This document shows positions 63,946 to 64,000 of a stretch of 64,000 nucleotides of DNA, in pieces. The stretch spans positions 5,958 through 69,957 of the forward strand of contig JAFZKD010000121.1 in assembly GCA_017553785.1 (NCBI GenBank). Reading direction: 5' to 3'. The notes below the pieces were generated by a model, which saw only the letters and a list, made by a program, of their open reading frames with translations, was not told the DNA's origin and did not search any database. The position numbers and the translations under genes are program-made. The DNA comes from Muribaculaceae bacterium. Lineage in GTDB: Bacteria > Bacteroidota > Bacteroidia > Bacteroidales > Muribaculaceae. The stretch's first letter is position 1, and each line of letters opens with the position of its first letter.

Positions 63946-64000
63946 CCTCTCGCGCATAGTTCCTGACTTCGTCATTAAGGGTGAGCCATAATTGAATTAT

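Overview
Bacteroidales chromosomal window, probably Muribaculaceae/Sodaliphilus-like. This is inferred from TAnnTTTG -7 promoter boxes, the tamB-tsaD-cinA and PASTA-rluD gene sets, and many dockerin-tailed secreted proteins. Housekeeping genes (rluD, kdsB, mutY, nadE, tamB, tsaD, cinA, Dcu transporter, GH2 beta-galactosidase) alternate with accessory blocks. (1) A five-gene operon for an unknown CMP-ulosonic-acid-type glycan modification (2.0-7.4 kb). (2) An AT-rich island with a Dam-family methyltransferase, a nuclease-DGQHR-HEPN-like protein and a Fic protein (20.2-25.5 kb). (3) A TPR/HTH sensor + DUF3244-like + dockerin effector module (35-39.4 kb). (4) An ~11 kb block between tsaD and cinA. 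(5) A ~1.6 kb largely non-coding region at the right end with a tandem array of four sRNA-like units. Each unit carries TTTTTTCAT, the reverse complement of the ATG-AAA-AAA (MKK) start of Bacteroidetes secreted proteins, followed by its own terminator hairpin. No rRNA, tRNA, CRISPR array, transposase, integrase or reverse transcriptase was seen. All family assignments come from motif recognition by eye, not database searches.
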